NCBI GenBank assembly: GCA_963702025.1
Contig: OY969699.1
Coordinates: 1,440,001 to 1,504,000 of the forward strand
DNA length: 64,000 nucleotides
Source: an uncultured bacterium
GTDB taxonomy: Bacteria; Babelota; Babeliae; Babelales; Vermiphilaceae
Direction of reading: 5' to 3'
Positions 38,915-49,132 of the stretch are shown one piece after another. Each line of letters starts with the position of its first letter. The first letter of the stretch is position 1. The notes under the pieces are model-generated. The model saw nothing but the letters and a program-made list of their open reading frames with translations. It had not been told where the DNA came from and made no database searches. Made by a program: the position numbers and the translations under genes.

Positions 38915-39676
38915 TTTTTTTATAAAGGATGACCCGAACGTGGATTGAAGTCTATTTTCAGTAAACGATTGGTAAAATGAACCGGTTTTATTCAACAATG
39001 AATCAATTTCATTATAATAAATCTTGATCGCCGGAAATCCGGCAGCAAAACAATCGATCTGATAGGGCTGGAAAAAGATTTTAAAGCCAGTTTTAGAAAT
39101 GATAAAACCATCTAATGGTAGATGCTCTTGGGTAACATGGGGAAATTCTTGCGCAATCTTTTTTTTAACGAGCGGAATAAGTTGTTCTTTAAAGTCAGTG
39201 TTCTCTTTAAACAGATCTTGGAGAGAGTAGTGCTGCCCCGTTAAGCTATCAATATGAAACATGGTAACGCCCGGCATGCCATGGGCCGCGCCGAAAGACC
39301 GGACATAATCATTTCTGGTAACAATAAGCAGATTATTAATCTTTTTTACGCTACCCTCGCACCAATAACATTCAATATTTTTCAAATCAGCATGGACATT
39401 CTGCGTGAGTGCATCTTGCGTGAATAATTTTTTAATGGTGCGATTTATGTGGTTTTCACTATTTTTGTCAGGTAAGCCACTCAACTGTGGATAGAGAATT
39501 ACCATTTTTTGGTTGGGCCTATATTCAATAAGTGTCACGAGCAAATTTTCATCACGCTCGTAGGCAAGCGACCCCTGGAAGGTGTAATCTTTAGATGGAT
39601 GAAGGTAATCTAAATGTTTTTGATAGCCAAGAAGTGAAAACGTTGCTGCTATTAGTCCCCAGATTATTCTATTCAT
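38843..39676 (-). CDS. DUF4163/DUF3298 (PdaC/RsiV-like) protein
   Basis: YPQL, GAAHG, LQDLFK and FQPYQIDCFAAG motifs. Confidence 0.82.
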   Translation of the reverse strand: MNRIIWGLIAATFSLLGYQKHLDYLHPSKDYTFQGSLAYERDENLLVTLIEYRPNQKMVILYPQLSGLPDKNSENHINRTIKKLFTQDALTQNVHADLKNIECYWCEGSVKKINNLLIVTRNDYVRSFGAAHGMPGVTMFHIDSLTGQHYSLQDLFKENTDFKEQLIPLVKKKIAQEFPHVTQEHLPLDGFIISKTGFKIFFQPYQIDCFAAGFPAIKIYYNEIDSLLNKTGSFYQSFTENRLQSTFGSSFIKKLFGNMRDRLGNFFHHVFGSFIIT

Positions 39677-40071
39677 TGTTTTGTGCTTGCTTCTTTTTTC
39701 AATATATCTCTAATTTCACGCAGCACCTTTACTTCTGAAGACGCTGCCTCACCGGTCAATTGCATTTCTTGCGAATTGAGTACTCGTTTTTCAAAAGCAT
39801 TAAAAGCTTTGATGATGATAAAAATTACCGCCGCGATAATTAAGAAATTAATTATCGCTTGAAGAAAGCTGCCATATTTAATAGCGGCACTGCCAATAGT
39901 TACAGATAAATTACTAAAATCTATGCCGCCTAAAAATATGCCAAGAATAGGCCCCACAATATCATTCACCAGTGATCGCACAATGCCGGTGAATGCTGAT
40001 CCCATTACCACGGCAATCGCCAAATCAATGGCATTGCCACGGCTAATAAATTTTTTAAATTCCTTAAACAT
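39673..40071 (-). CDS. mscL: Large-conductance mechanosensitive channel
   Basis: MFKEFKKFISRGNAIDLAIAVV...LREIRDIL. Confidence 0.97.
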   Translation of the reverse strand: MFKEFKKFISRGNAIDLAIAVVMGSAFTGIVRSLVNDIVGPILGIFLGGIDFSNLSVTIGSAAIKYGSFLQAIINFLIIAAVIFIIIKAFNAFEKRVLNSQEMQLTGEAASSEVKVLREIRDILKKEASTKQ

Positions 40072-40073
40072 AA

Positions 40074-41177
40074 TTACTCCTGAGCTTTGGCTACTTGGTG
40101 CGCCAACTTTTTCAGTTCCGCAAGGCCTTCCAATGGTTTAAGCCACGCAGCTGGCAACTGGCCACAACCAACGCGTGCGCCAACAAGCGCGCCGGCCATT
40201 GATGCAATGCTATCGCTATCTCCCGGTGTATTAACGCCAGCCAGTATTGCATTGCGCAAATCATCGCTAAAACGAACAAAAATATAGGTTGCCGCCGCAA
40301 TTGCTTCATGCGCCGACCATCCTAAAAATTCCTCAAATACTCGCTGTGATGATACTGATCTATCATTCGCGTAAGCAACCGCTTTTTCTATCATGCGCGC
40401 TGTTGCGGTATCATATTTTGCTGCAGCTGTAATCATATCCTCAGCAACTTCAACCGGCGACTTAAAACCTTGCAAAGCCCCCGCAACACCTACTGCCATT
40501 GCTGCACACGCGGCCAAGGCAATCGGTGCTCCATGCGTAATTTTTGATTGTTCAACTGCCCATAACTCCGCTTTTGCCACGTCATTGGCAAAAATCAATC
40601 CAAACGGATGGGCACGCATCACCGAACCGCAACCACCATCATTGAGGCCACCCGCTTTCCACCAATTCGCAATATCATGAGTATCTTCGAGGGCTAACAT
40701 TTTCTTCTCTAATTTTTCAATATTTTTTAAACAGGCATTCCCTGGCGCTCGTTGTGCGCGGGCCCAGCCATAGGGATTATCCAAATCGTATACAAATTCT
40801 CGCGCTAATTGGTTCATGGCGCGACTAACCGATTTGTCTTTATTTTTTAATAGTGCCTTTAACACCACAATGCTCATAGCGGTGTCATCAGTATAAGGCA
40901 ATACTTTCTTGCCATCGGCATCATTGCCAAAACTGTTTGGCTTGAGATTATGGATTCCTTCAACGCCATTTGGCGGATACTGCTTTTTTATTTGAGCATA
41001 AGAAAGAAATTCAACCGGCGCACCCAGTGCATCCCCAATCGCTGCGCCCAGAATAGATCCTGCAATTTTATCATGAGAACAGGTACATTCATCGCCGGTG
41101 AATGTTGAATTACCGTGAGCATTTGCTGTGGTAAACATAATAATTAAAAAAGCCAGAAAAAACTTAGAATAAGTCAT
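40074..41177 (-). CDS. ADP-ribosylglycohydrolase family protein with signal peptide
   Basis: GDALGAPVEF, TDDT, GSVMR, TH and GDSDSIASMAGAL motifs. Confidence 0.92.
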   Translation of the reverse strand: MTYSKFFLAFLIIMFTTANAHGNSTFTGDECTCSHDKIAGSILGAAIGDALGAPVEFLSYAQIKKQYPPNGVEGIHNLKPNSFGNDADGKKVLPYTDDTAMSIVVLKALLKNKDKSVSRAMNQLAREFVYDLDNPYGWARAQRAPGNACLKNIEKLEKKMLALEDTHDIANWWKAGGLNDGGCGSVMRAHPFGLIFANDVAKAELWAVEQSKITHGAPIALAACAAMAVGVAGALQGFKSPVEVAEDMITAAAKYDTATARMIEKAVAYANDRSVSSQRVFEEFLGWSAHEAIAAATYIFVRFSDDLRNAILAGVNTPGDSDSIASMAGALVGARVGCGQLPAAWLKPLEGLAELKKLAHQVAKAQE

Positions 41178-41337
41178 CGTGTGATCCCCACTAATAAAGA
41201 TTATCTATAGTTATATATGATAAACAGCTGAGTAATTTAGTCAAAACTAAAAAAATGCGTTTAGATTGCTTTAAAGCATAGAACTTAGTATGGTATTCAG
41301 GTTAAAAATCAACATCACCTTAAAGTAAGGAGCATTT

Positions 41338-42660
41338 ATGCTTACCCCCAAAGTAACAACAATAACTATTTGTGCGCTCTTATCAATTATGGCTTCATTT
41401 GCCATGGAAAATGAATCTGCGCACCTGAACAATCGTAAATTTATCTCATTAACCGATGCGCTGCTCAATGATCAATTTTTGGTAAAAGAAACAACCGTAC
41501 ACTTTCCCGATTATGAGGATCAGAGTCTGGTGTATCAAATAGCAACGGATAGTGCGACCAAAGAACTGTATAATAATGCCAATCATTTTGTAACAACGGT
41601 TGAACAAGACACTAAAAATGATACGGAAAAAGATCTGCAATTGAACCGCTTTATGGGCTTTCTTACCAATATAGATCTCAACGATCATAGAAAAAAACAA
41701 AAAAAAGATGAATTTAGCAATGAAAGAAAATCTAACTATAAAGCATTGATACAAGAAATCGAGGATATTTCATTAAATCGAGAACTCTTTAAATTAGCAT
41801 TGATGACCGGAAACCCGGAAATGATAAATGCCCAAAAACAAAAAAAATTGCACATTACTCCTTTTGAATCTTTTCCTGACTTAAAGAAAAAAATAGGGCA
41901 AGAATGCGCTTACAAATGTATATTGAATTCTTCCAACAAAGATTTGCCACCCGTAAACCTCGACTTCCTCGCTACGGGAGCAGAAATAAAAAAAGATGCT
42001 GCGCCCGAACAGATTGATAATCACTCATTTATTGCTCTTACCGATGCGCTTTTAAGCAATCAATTTATTGCAAGAGAAAACGCCATACATTATCCTGATC
42101 ATGAAAAAAAGAGCACGGTGCACAAAATTGAAACGAATGCTGCCGCACAAGAACTGTATAAAGAGTTCTATTGCTTTGTAGAAGATATTCAGCAAGCGAC
42201 TAAAAAAAATACTTGCTCCTCGGCTCAAAAAGTTAATAATAAATTAAGTGAGAATGCAGGCGCTCAATTAATTGATGAAGAAGAAAAGCAAATTCAATTA
42301 TCCCGCATACTGGGCTTTTTAATAAATCTCGATCTCCAAGATGAGAAGCGAAAGCAAAAAAGGGAAAAAAAAGAAAGTTACGGTTCAGTCAAACGCGAAA
42401 TTGAAACTGTTAAAGTAAATAGAGAGTTGTTTAAATTAGCGTTGATGACGGGGGACCCAATTATTATCAATAAGCAAAAAGAGAGAAAATTGCATGCCAC
42501 TCCCTTTGAATCTTTTCCCGAATTCATGGACAAATCAAGAAAAGGACTTACCATCGGGAGTCTACTCGGAACATTACCAAAGGAATCTTCTCCGCTCTTA
42601 ATGCTTGGCCTCCTGGCTGCTGCCGAGGATGACAAAAGCAAAGATTGCAGCATTCAATGA
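41338..42660 (+). CDS. Secreted protein with tandem domain duplication and C-terminal CaaX (CSIQ)
   Basis: Signal ...SFA-MEN; FIxLTDALL...ELFKLALMTGxP...TPFESFP occurs twice; ends KSKDCSIQ*. Confidence 0.75.
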   Translation: MLTPKVTTITICALLSIMASFAMENESAHLNNRKFISLTDALLNDQFLVKETTVHFPDYEDQSLVYQIATDSATKELYNNANHFVTTVEQDTKNDTEKDLQLNRFMGFLTNIDLNDHRKKQKKDEFSNERKSNYKALIQEIEDISLNRELFKLALMTGNPEMINAQKQKKLHITPFESFPDLKKKIGQECAYKCILNSSNKDLPPVNLDFLATGAEIKKDAAPEQIDNHSFIALTDALLSNQFIARENAIHYPDHEKKSTVHKIETNAAAQELYKEFYCFVEDIQQATKKNTCSSAQKVNNKLSENAGAQLIDEEEKQIQLSRILGFLINLDLQDEKRKQKREKKESYGSVKREIETVKVNRELFKLALMTGDPIIINKQKERKLHATPFESFPEFMDKSRKGLTIGSLLGTLPKESSPLLMLGLLAAAEDDKSKDCSIQ

Positions 42661-42665
42661 ATTCC

Positions 42666-44009
42666 TTATTGCTTAGTAACATGCTCAACAGAACTAATTT
42701 CTGGCTTGCCAAATGCCACGCCACTTGTTTGTTCTTGATCGGTGTACATTTTGATAGAGCCGCCCAATAATGATAACTTGTTTTCCAAGCCATCATAGCC
42801 GCGGGTCCAGTGATGTATGCCAGTCATAATGGTGGATCCATGTGCGACTAATCCGGCTAGCACCAGAGCACATGAAGCGCGAATATCGCAAGCAATTACC
42901 GATGCGCCATATAAGCGATCAATACCGGTAATGATCGCTTTATTATGTTCCACTTTTATTTGCGCGCCCATTTTTTGTAATTCACGGACATGCACAAGTC
43001 TATTTTCAAATACTGTTTCTTCAACAACGCTCGTGCCTTGAGCTAACGTCAGCGCAGCCATCATTGGTGCCTGTAAATCGGTAGGAAAACTGGGATACGG
43101 CCCCGTTTTAAATGAAACTGCTTTTGGTTCTTTTGTTGCTTTGAGTGTGATGCCCAAACCGCCGGGGCCAACTATTATTTCATGCCCCATCTCTTCGAGC
43201 TTGAGTAAAAAGACATCCATTGTATAGGCAAGCGCCTGGGGAATGGCAATGGTACCGCCGGTTATGGCAGCAGCCAATAAAAGAGCTCCCGCTTCAAGAC
43301 GATCGGCAATAATGGCGTGTTCAATCGGCTGCAATGCCCCCACTCCTTCAATGTGCAGCGTTGCGGGTGCCTCTACAGAAATTTTCGCGCCCATTTTGGC
43401 GAGCACGGTAATAAGATCCATCACTTCCGGCTCTAATGCCGCATTAATAATGGTGGTGATGCCGGGAGTAAGTGTTGCAGCCATCACAATATTTTCCGTG
43501 GCTCCCACACTCGGGTATTCCAGCACGATACGATGCGCATGCAATAGATCTGCCCGTGCACTTATATAATCACTGGTTTCATCAATAGTGACGCCCATTT
43601 TTTTAAAATTTTTAAGATGATAATCGATCGGGCGCGACCCAATAACGCACCCACCCGGTGCGGCAATATCTGCCCGACCAAAGCGTGCCAATAACGGGCC
43701 CATCACCAAAATTGAGGCACGCATTTTTTTCATAATTTCAGGATTCACCTGCCATTTGGTCACCGTGCTGGTATCTACTTCTAACAAATGCTCATCGGGG
43801 TAAAAAAAGATCTGGGCACCTAAATTTTCCAGCAATTGTATCATATTCAATACGTCATCAGATGCGGGCACATTGGTTAGACGCGATTTGCCTTTGGTTA
43901 ATAAAAGTGATGCAATAATTACAAGCACCGCATTTTTTGCGCCATATAAATGAACGGTGCCATGTAATCCTGTTGACTGTTCAATTACAATATAATCGTT
44001 ATTACTCAT
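42666..44009 (-). CDS. murA: UDP-N-acetylglucosamine 1-carboxyvinyltransferase
   Basis: GAKNA, MRAS, GGCVIGSRP and FPTDLQ motifs. Confidence 0.97.
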   Translation of the reverse strand: MSNNDYIVIEQSTGLHGTVHLYGAKNAVLVIIASLLLTKGKSRLTNVPASDDVLNMIQLLENLGAQIFFYPDEHLLEVDTSTVTKWQVNPEIMKKMRASILVMGPLLARFGRADIAAPGGCVIGSRPIDYHLKNFKKMGVTIDETSDYISARADLLHAHRIVLEYPSVGATENIVMAATLTPGITTIINAALEPEVMDLITVLAKMGAKISVEAPATLHIEGVGALQPIEHAIIADRLEAGALLLAAAITGGTIAIPQALAYTMDVFLLKLEEMGHEIIVGPGGLGITLKATKEPKAVSFKTGPYPSFPTDLQAPMMAALTLAQGTSVVEETVFENRLVHVRELQKMGAQIKVEHNKAIITGIDRLYGASVIACDIRASCALVLAGLVAHGSTIMTGIHHWTRGYDGLENKLSLLGGSIKMYTDQEQTSGVAFGKPEISSVEHVTKQ

Positions 44010-44025
44010 ACTAATCTTTCGTAAT

Positions 44026-44754
44026 TTATTTTTTGTTTGATTTCAAATGATATAAGGCAGTAATTTCTTCATCATCCAAATAGCGCCATTTTCCTACCGG
44101 CAATCCTTTTTTGGTAAGTCCGGCATAACCGGTGCGATCAAGTTTGATCACGGTATAACCCAAATGATCAAAAATGCGCCGCACTATACGATTTTTACCG
44201 CTATGAAGCATAACCTTTACATGAATTTTGGTCTGCCCGGCAATGTAACCGGCAGCATCAATCTGTATAAAACCATCACTCAGTTGCAAACCTTTTTTAA
44301 GCTGGTCCATATCATCTTTTGCAAACGGACGGTTAAGCATAACCGTATAGATTTTTTGTACGCCAAAACGGGGATGCGCCAGCGATTGCGCCAACTGCCC
44401 ATCGTTGGTTATGATCAGCAAGCCAGTGGTGTCACGATCAAGGCGACCAATCGGATAAAGCCGAGATCCAAGATCACCAATAAGATCCATCACCGTTTTT
44501 CTGCCTTTTTCATCCGACACGGTAGTAATATAATTTTTTGGTTTATTGAGCATAATATATATTTTTTTTTGCGCGCGGATTTGCTGTCCTTGATACATCA
44601 CCGTATCTGAAGGCGTAATTTTATACCCCGGTTCTTTTATTACTTTGCCGTTAACTTTAATCAAACCATGTTCAATGAGATCGACTACCTTACGGCGTGA
44701 TGCGACACCGGCTTGCGCTAAAAATTTACTCAGTGAATTCGAGTTTGTTATCAT
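44026..44754 (-). CDS. rluB: RsuA/RluB family pseudouridine synthase
   Basis: S4 domain GVASRR; GRLDRDTTGLL. Confidence 0.85.
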   Translation of the reverse strand: MITNSNSLSKFLAQAGVASRRKVVDLIEHGLIKVNGKVIKEPGYKITPSDTVMYQGQQIRAQKKIYIMLNKPKNYITTVSDEKGRKTVMDLIGDLGSRLYPIGRLDRDTTGLLIITNDGQLAQSLAHPRFGVQKIYTVMLNRPFAKDDMDQLKKGLQLSDGFIQIDAAGYIAGQTKIHVKVMLHSGKNRIVRRIFDHLGYTVIKLDRTGYAGLTKKGLPVGKWRYLDDEEITALYHLKSNKK

Positions 44755-45181
44755 AATGGTATTTATCTCTATAAATCTGGCCCTCTAATGTTCTTAAGCG
44801 TTTCCTTTTAGATGGTAGCTGTCTGAATACTTCAGTTAAATATTTTTTTTCATTCTTAAATTTGCCAAGCAACGTATCAAATCTTTGACGAAGTTCTAAA
44901 AATTTTTGTTTTGTTATTTTCTCGTAGTCTTCTTCCGGAGTTTCACAGATAAGTCCATTGCTGAACTCGTACCCAAAATGTGTTCTAATTTGCAAGATTG
45001 CTATCTCAAAATAAATTAGTTTTTGCTCAGCAATTTTTTCTATTTCTTTTTGCTCTTGCCAACTATGATTCTCTTTTTTTGGTTCCGGCTGCTTAAAATA
45101 ATCGTAATCCAGCGCCTCTCGCCCGGCCCATAGATACGTCGAAATCAAAAGGAAAATATATAATTTTTTCATGGTCATCAT
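44726..45181 (-). CDS. Secreted hypothetical protein
   Basis: Signal-like MKKLYIFLLISTYLWA. Confidence 0.55.
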   Translation of the reverse strand: MMTMKKLYIFLLISTYLWAGREALDYDYFKQPEPKKENHSWQEQKEIEKIAEQKLIYFEIAILQIRTHFGYEFSNGLICETPEEDYEKITKQKFLELRQRFDTLLGKFKNEKKYLTEVFRQLPSKRKRLRTLEGQIYRDKYHYDNKLEFTE

Positions 45182-45289
45182 TTTTTTTTATACATTTTAA
45201 TGTATGGTTAATATGACGATTTTTTTATGCAATGATATACTTTCTCATATTGAAAAAAAAAGATAAACAAAATTGTGAAAGAACTTTTT

Positions 45290-45865
45290 ATGCACGGAAT
45301 ATTAGAAGTAATTTGCGGGCCAATGTTTTCAGGAAAATCTGAGGAATTGATTCGCCGTTTGCGTCGCGCAAAAATTGCGCAACAAAAAGTGGTAACATTC
45401 AAACCGCATATTGATAACCGTTACGGCCTTGAATATATTGTTTCGCATGACGGCAACAAAGTTGAGGCAAAGCCGCTGGAAATGGTTAATCAAATAATTG
45501 ATATTGTTGCGCAAACGGATGCAACGGTAATCGGGATTGATGAAGCACAATTTTTTCCGCATGAACTGGTGAGCATTGTCTGCCAATTGGTTAATAGTGG
45601 CAAGCGTGTTATTGTTGCGGGTTTGGATCTTGATTTTCGCGGCGCACCATTTGGCTGCATGCCACTTTTGTTAGCCGTCGCCGATAAAATCTCTAAATTA
45701 CATGCAATCTGCACCGAATGTGGCAGCGATGCGCATTTTACACAACGGTTGGTTAACGGGCAACCGGCAAAGCATGATGATCCTATTATTATGGTCGGCG
45801 CGCAAGAAGCATATCAAGCACGATGCCGCGGTTGTTACAGCATAGATAAACAAATTTATTTTTAA
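45290..45865 (+). CDS. tdk: Thymidine kinase
   Basis: GPMFSGKSEEL, IDEAQF, GLDLDF and zinc CxxC motifs. Confidence 0.97.
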   Translation: MHGILEVICGPMFSGKSEELIRRLRRAKIAQQKVVTFKPHIDNRYGLEYIVSHDGNKVEAKPLEMVNQIIDIVAQTDATVIGIDEAQFFPHELVSIVCQLVNSGKRVIVAGLDLDFRGAPFGCMPLLLAVADKISKLHAICTECGSDAHFTQRLVNGQPAKHDDPIIMVGAQEAYQARCRGCYSIDKQIYF

Positions 45866-45876
45866 ATAAGAATCCG

Positions 45877-47226
45877 ATGAAACAAAAAACATCATTTAAT
45901 TGCACATCCTGCACCTACCAAACGGTTAAATGGATGGGATGTTGCCCGGAATGTAATGAATGGAACACATTCCAAGAACAAAAAATAACACCGGCCATTC
46001 CCGGTGCTAAAGTAGGAAAAACCGGCGGCGCCACCGCAACTATGATGCAATTGAACACGGTGGATACGGCACCTCAAAAGCGCATGTTTTCCGGCGTTGA
46101 TGAATGGGACCGTGTGGTTGGCGGCGGCATTATGCCCAGCTCATTACTCATTCTCACCGGTGATCCAGGTATTGGCAAATCAACGTTACTGCTGCAAATT
46201 TGCAATGGATTAGCGCAACATCATGTGGTCTATTATTTTTCAACTGAAGAATCATTGCAACAAGTCAAGCAACGGGCTCAGCGTCTTGAATGTATTAATG
46301 ATAATTTACTATTTTCCGATCAAGCAGACCTTGAAACAATTATTGCTACATCACAAGCGCATAAACCGGATATGGTAATTATTGATTCGATTCAAAATTG
46401 TTACACGGCCGCGGCAACCACATTTCCCGGAAGCGTTGGCCAACTGCGTGAATCTGCGTTCCATTTAATGCGCTTGGCAAAAGAAAACAATATTACGGTG
46501 ATTATGAGTGGCCACATCACCAAAGAGGGCACAATAGCAGGCCCCAAAACATTGGAGCATATGGTGGATGCCGTCTTTTATTTGCAAGGAGAGGACCGCT
46601 GGCAAACGCGGGTTTTGAGATCGGTTAAAAACCGCTTTGGTACCATTAATGAATTGGGTTTTTTTGAAATGCGAGAAAATGGCTTACAAGAAGTGCCAAA
46701 TATTAACGAACATCTCATTGCAGAACTTTCCCACGCACCCGGCTCGGTGCTCGTGAGCGTGATTGAAGGATCACGCCCTCTTTTAATTGAATTACAAGCA
46801 TTAACTATCGAATCAAAATTAGGAATACCACAACGGGTTGTTTCCGGCCTCGATCAAAAACAGGTGGTCTTGATTGCTGCTATTTTGGAAAAATATTTGC
46901 ACGTAAAATTTAGTACGCAGGATATTTTCTTTAAAGTTTCTGGGGGCTTTAAGATCAAAGGAAGCTCAACCGATCTTGGCATCGCACTAGCACTGTTATC
47001 GAGCTATTTTCAACAACCGTTACCTGATAAATCAATTGCACTGGGCGAAATAAGTTTAACCGGTGAAATTAAACCGATTAACCAAATTAATCTTTTTGTA
47101 AAAGAAGCAGAAAAATTTGGCATTAAGCAACTTCTGGTTGCCAAAAATCAAAAAATTGAGAATTCATCCTGTGTGCCCAAACGATTTACCAATGTATATG
47201 AATTGCTCGGCTTATTTAATGGATAG
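45877..47226 (+). CDS. radA: DNA repair protein RadA/Sms
   Basis: N-terminal C4 finger, GDPGIGKST and KNRFG. Confidence 0.97.
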   Translation: MKQKTSFNCTSCTYQTVKWMGCCPECNEWNTFQEQKITPAIPGAKVGKTGGATATMMQLNTVDTAPQKRMFSGVDEWDRVVGGGIMPSSLLILTGDPGIGKSTLLLQICNGLAQHHVVYYFSTEESLQQVKQRAQRLECINDNLLFSDQADLETIIATSQAHKPDMVIIDSIQNCYTAAATTFPGSVGQLRESAFHLMRLAKENNITVIMSGHITKEGTIAGPKTLEHMVDAVFYLQGEDRWQTRVLRSVKNRFGTINELGFFEMRENGLQEVPNINEHLIAELSHAPGSVLVSVIEGSRPLLIELQALTIESKLGIPQRVVSGLDQKQVVLIAAILEKYLHVKFSTQDIFFKVSGGFKIKGSSTDLGIALALLSSYFQQPLPDKSIALGEISLTGEIKPINQINLFVKEAEKFGIKQLLVAKNQKIENSSCVPKRFTNVYELLGLFNG

Positions 47227-47347
47227 CAATTTGCAATCATAAAATTAATGAATAAAAAACAAAATTATCATTGACAAAAAAGCGAACCGCATCCATAATT
47301 AATCACATTAACTTTATTAATACCTTCATAATATTGATTGGTTTTTT

Positions 47348-47863
47348 ATGAATAAACGTAATTCATTTTTTCTTTCGGCACTTTTTTGCACTGTTCTTTT
47401 CCATTCACTGAATGCTCATGAAGATTCAGCAACAATTGCTGATCGAGTTACTAAACTCGGTATTGGAACAACCATGATTTCATTTGGAGGATTAGCGGGT
47501 TGGCTTACTCACTTTCTGCTTAACGAGAATGATGCTAATCTCGGAGCATTTTGCGTAACTACCGTTTCTGCCGGGCTTTCAGCCAAATTAGTTTCTTTTG
47601 GTGTTAGTTCTATAGCCCATGGCATTAAAGGGAGTTCTATGAATCTTAAAAATCACGTTGCACCGGCAACAAGAATCTTCGGTGGCAGCAGCTTAATGGG
47701 TGCATCTGCATTTGGAATAAAGGCAATAAATGGAGACAAATCTATTCCTTTGCCCGCTTATTTTGCAACTCAGGCGATTAATGCTGGTATTTTTGCACTG
47801 GGAGCGGCACAAACGCTGAAGGGTGTCCTGCAAATAAAAAAAGAAATAGAAGAATCAAATTAA
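47348..47863 (+). CDS. Membrane or secreted hypothetical protein
   Basis: Signal peptide; Gly-rich hydrophobic helices. Confidence 0.65.
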   Translation: MNKRNSFFLSALFCTVLFHSLNAHEDSATIADRVTKLGIGTTMISFGGLAGWLTHFLLNENDANLGAFCVTTVSAGLSAKLVSFGVSSIAHGIKGSSMNLKNHVAPATRIFGGSSLMGASAFGIKAINGDKSIPLPAYFATQAINAGIFALGAAQTLKGVLQIKKEIEESN

Positions 47864-47968
47864 ATTAAAAATTCCCTTAATTTTGCATACCCTTTCTTGG
47901 TAAAAACTCTAGTTCTTGTGCGGCCTCGCTCACCTGCGCTAAAGTAGATATCAAAGAAAGGGTGCTTT

Positions 47969-49126
47969 ATGGATTATGTCAAAAAAATAGTATTTTTGTT
48001 CCTACTGATCATTGCGGCAAATATCTACACTGATTCACTCTTCCCGAGACGCTCATCACATGCTCAATATGACGCCGAATGGGTGGTGGTTGGTGCCGGC
48101 CCGGCCGGTATTATTGTTATTGGCATATTACTTGACCTTGGCACCGACCCAAAAAGCATCATTTGGCTTGATCCTGAGTTTGGTTGCGGCCGACTCTGTA
48201 AATATGGTACCGTTCCGGGCAATGCAAAAACTTGGCAATTTATCGAATTTCTCAATTCATGCAAAACATTCCAAGAATGTAATTCACCTGCTGCGGCAAA
48301 ACTATTTGATCTCGATCAAGAATTTGAATATCCATTACAGGTCATCGTTGATCCGCTTATCGATATCTCCCACTATCTGTGCGGTCTGGTCAATTGTAAA
48401 AAAGAAAAACTGTGCGCACTGAATTATGTTAATGATGTGTGGAGCATTGGCACCGGTAAGGAATGTTTTACGGCAAACCATGTTATTTTGGCGACCGGCT
48501 CCCACCCAAAACGGCTTGATTACGACTGCAAAAATGAAATTCCTCTTGATGTGGCTCTTGATAAACCGGCATTGGCATCACAAATTTCTTTGAATGACAC
48601 TATTGCGGTTGTTGGCAGTGGCCAATCGGCAATCTTATTACTCAAATATCTTTCTGAACTTGCGTGCGGCAGAATTATTAATTTTTTCCGCAACCCGATT
48701 GAATTTGATGGCGAATCGGGATTAAAAGGCCAAACCGCACGCTGGGCACGTGATGTTTTATTAAAAACACCCCCGGCGAACTTATTGCGCATTTTTAATT
48801 CTTGTGATGCCTTAAAAGCATGGGTGCCAATTTGCACCAAAATTATTTATGCAGTTGGGTTTGAACGCAATGAAATACCAACGATCACCAATGCGCCATA
48901 TGTCAACTTTGAAGATCGGAATGGTGTTTTAGGGCCACGATTATTTGGTATTGGTATAGCGTTCCCAGAAAAATATGAAGATGAATCCGGCAAAATTGTG
49001 GGCCGCATCGGTTTAATGAGTTTTATGGAATATGCCCAAGAGATATTGCCCTATTGGATGGTTCAAAAATCGCCATTGGCCCGCTATAAGCAATTTGAGG
49101 ATCTATTTACTATTGATATCTTGTAA
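47969..49126 (+). CDS. FAD/NAD(P)-dependent oxidoreductase with signal peptide
   Basis: VVGAGPAG, ILATGS and VVGSGQSA motifs. Confidence 0.85.
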   Translation: MDYVKKIVFLFLLIIAANIYTDSLFPRRSSHAQYDAEWVVVGAGPAGIIVIGILLDLGTDPKSIIWLDPEFGCGRLCKYGTVPGNAKTWQFIEFLNSCKTFQECNSPAAAKLFDLDQEFEYPLQVIVDPLIDISHYLCGLVNCKKEKLCALNYVNDVWSIGTGKECFTANHVILATGSHPKRLDYDCKNEIPLDVALDKPALASQISLNDTIAVVGSGQSAILLLKYLSELACGRIINFFRNPIEFDGESGLKGQTARWARDVLLKTPPANLLRIFNSCDALKAWVPICTKIIYAVGFERNEIPTITNAPYVNFEDRNGVLGPRLFGIGIAFPEKYEDESGKIVGRIGLMSFMEYAQEILPYWMVQKSPLARYKQFEDLFTIDIL

Positions 49127-49132
49127 TGATAG

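Noticed and set aside
8049..48840. Many antisense or nested short ORFs (e.g. 8049..8525, 44164..44610, 48012..48422)
   Set aside because: They overlap well-supported genes and have no motifs or RBS
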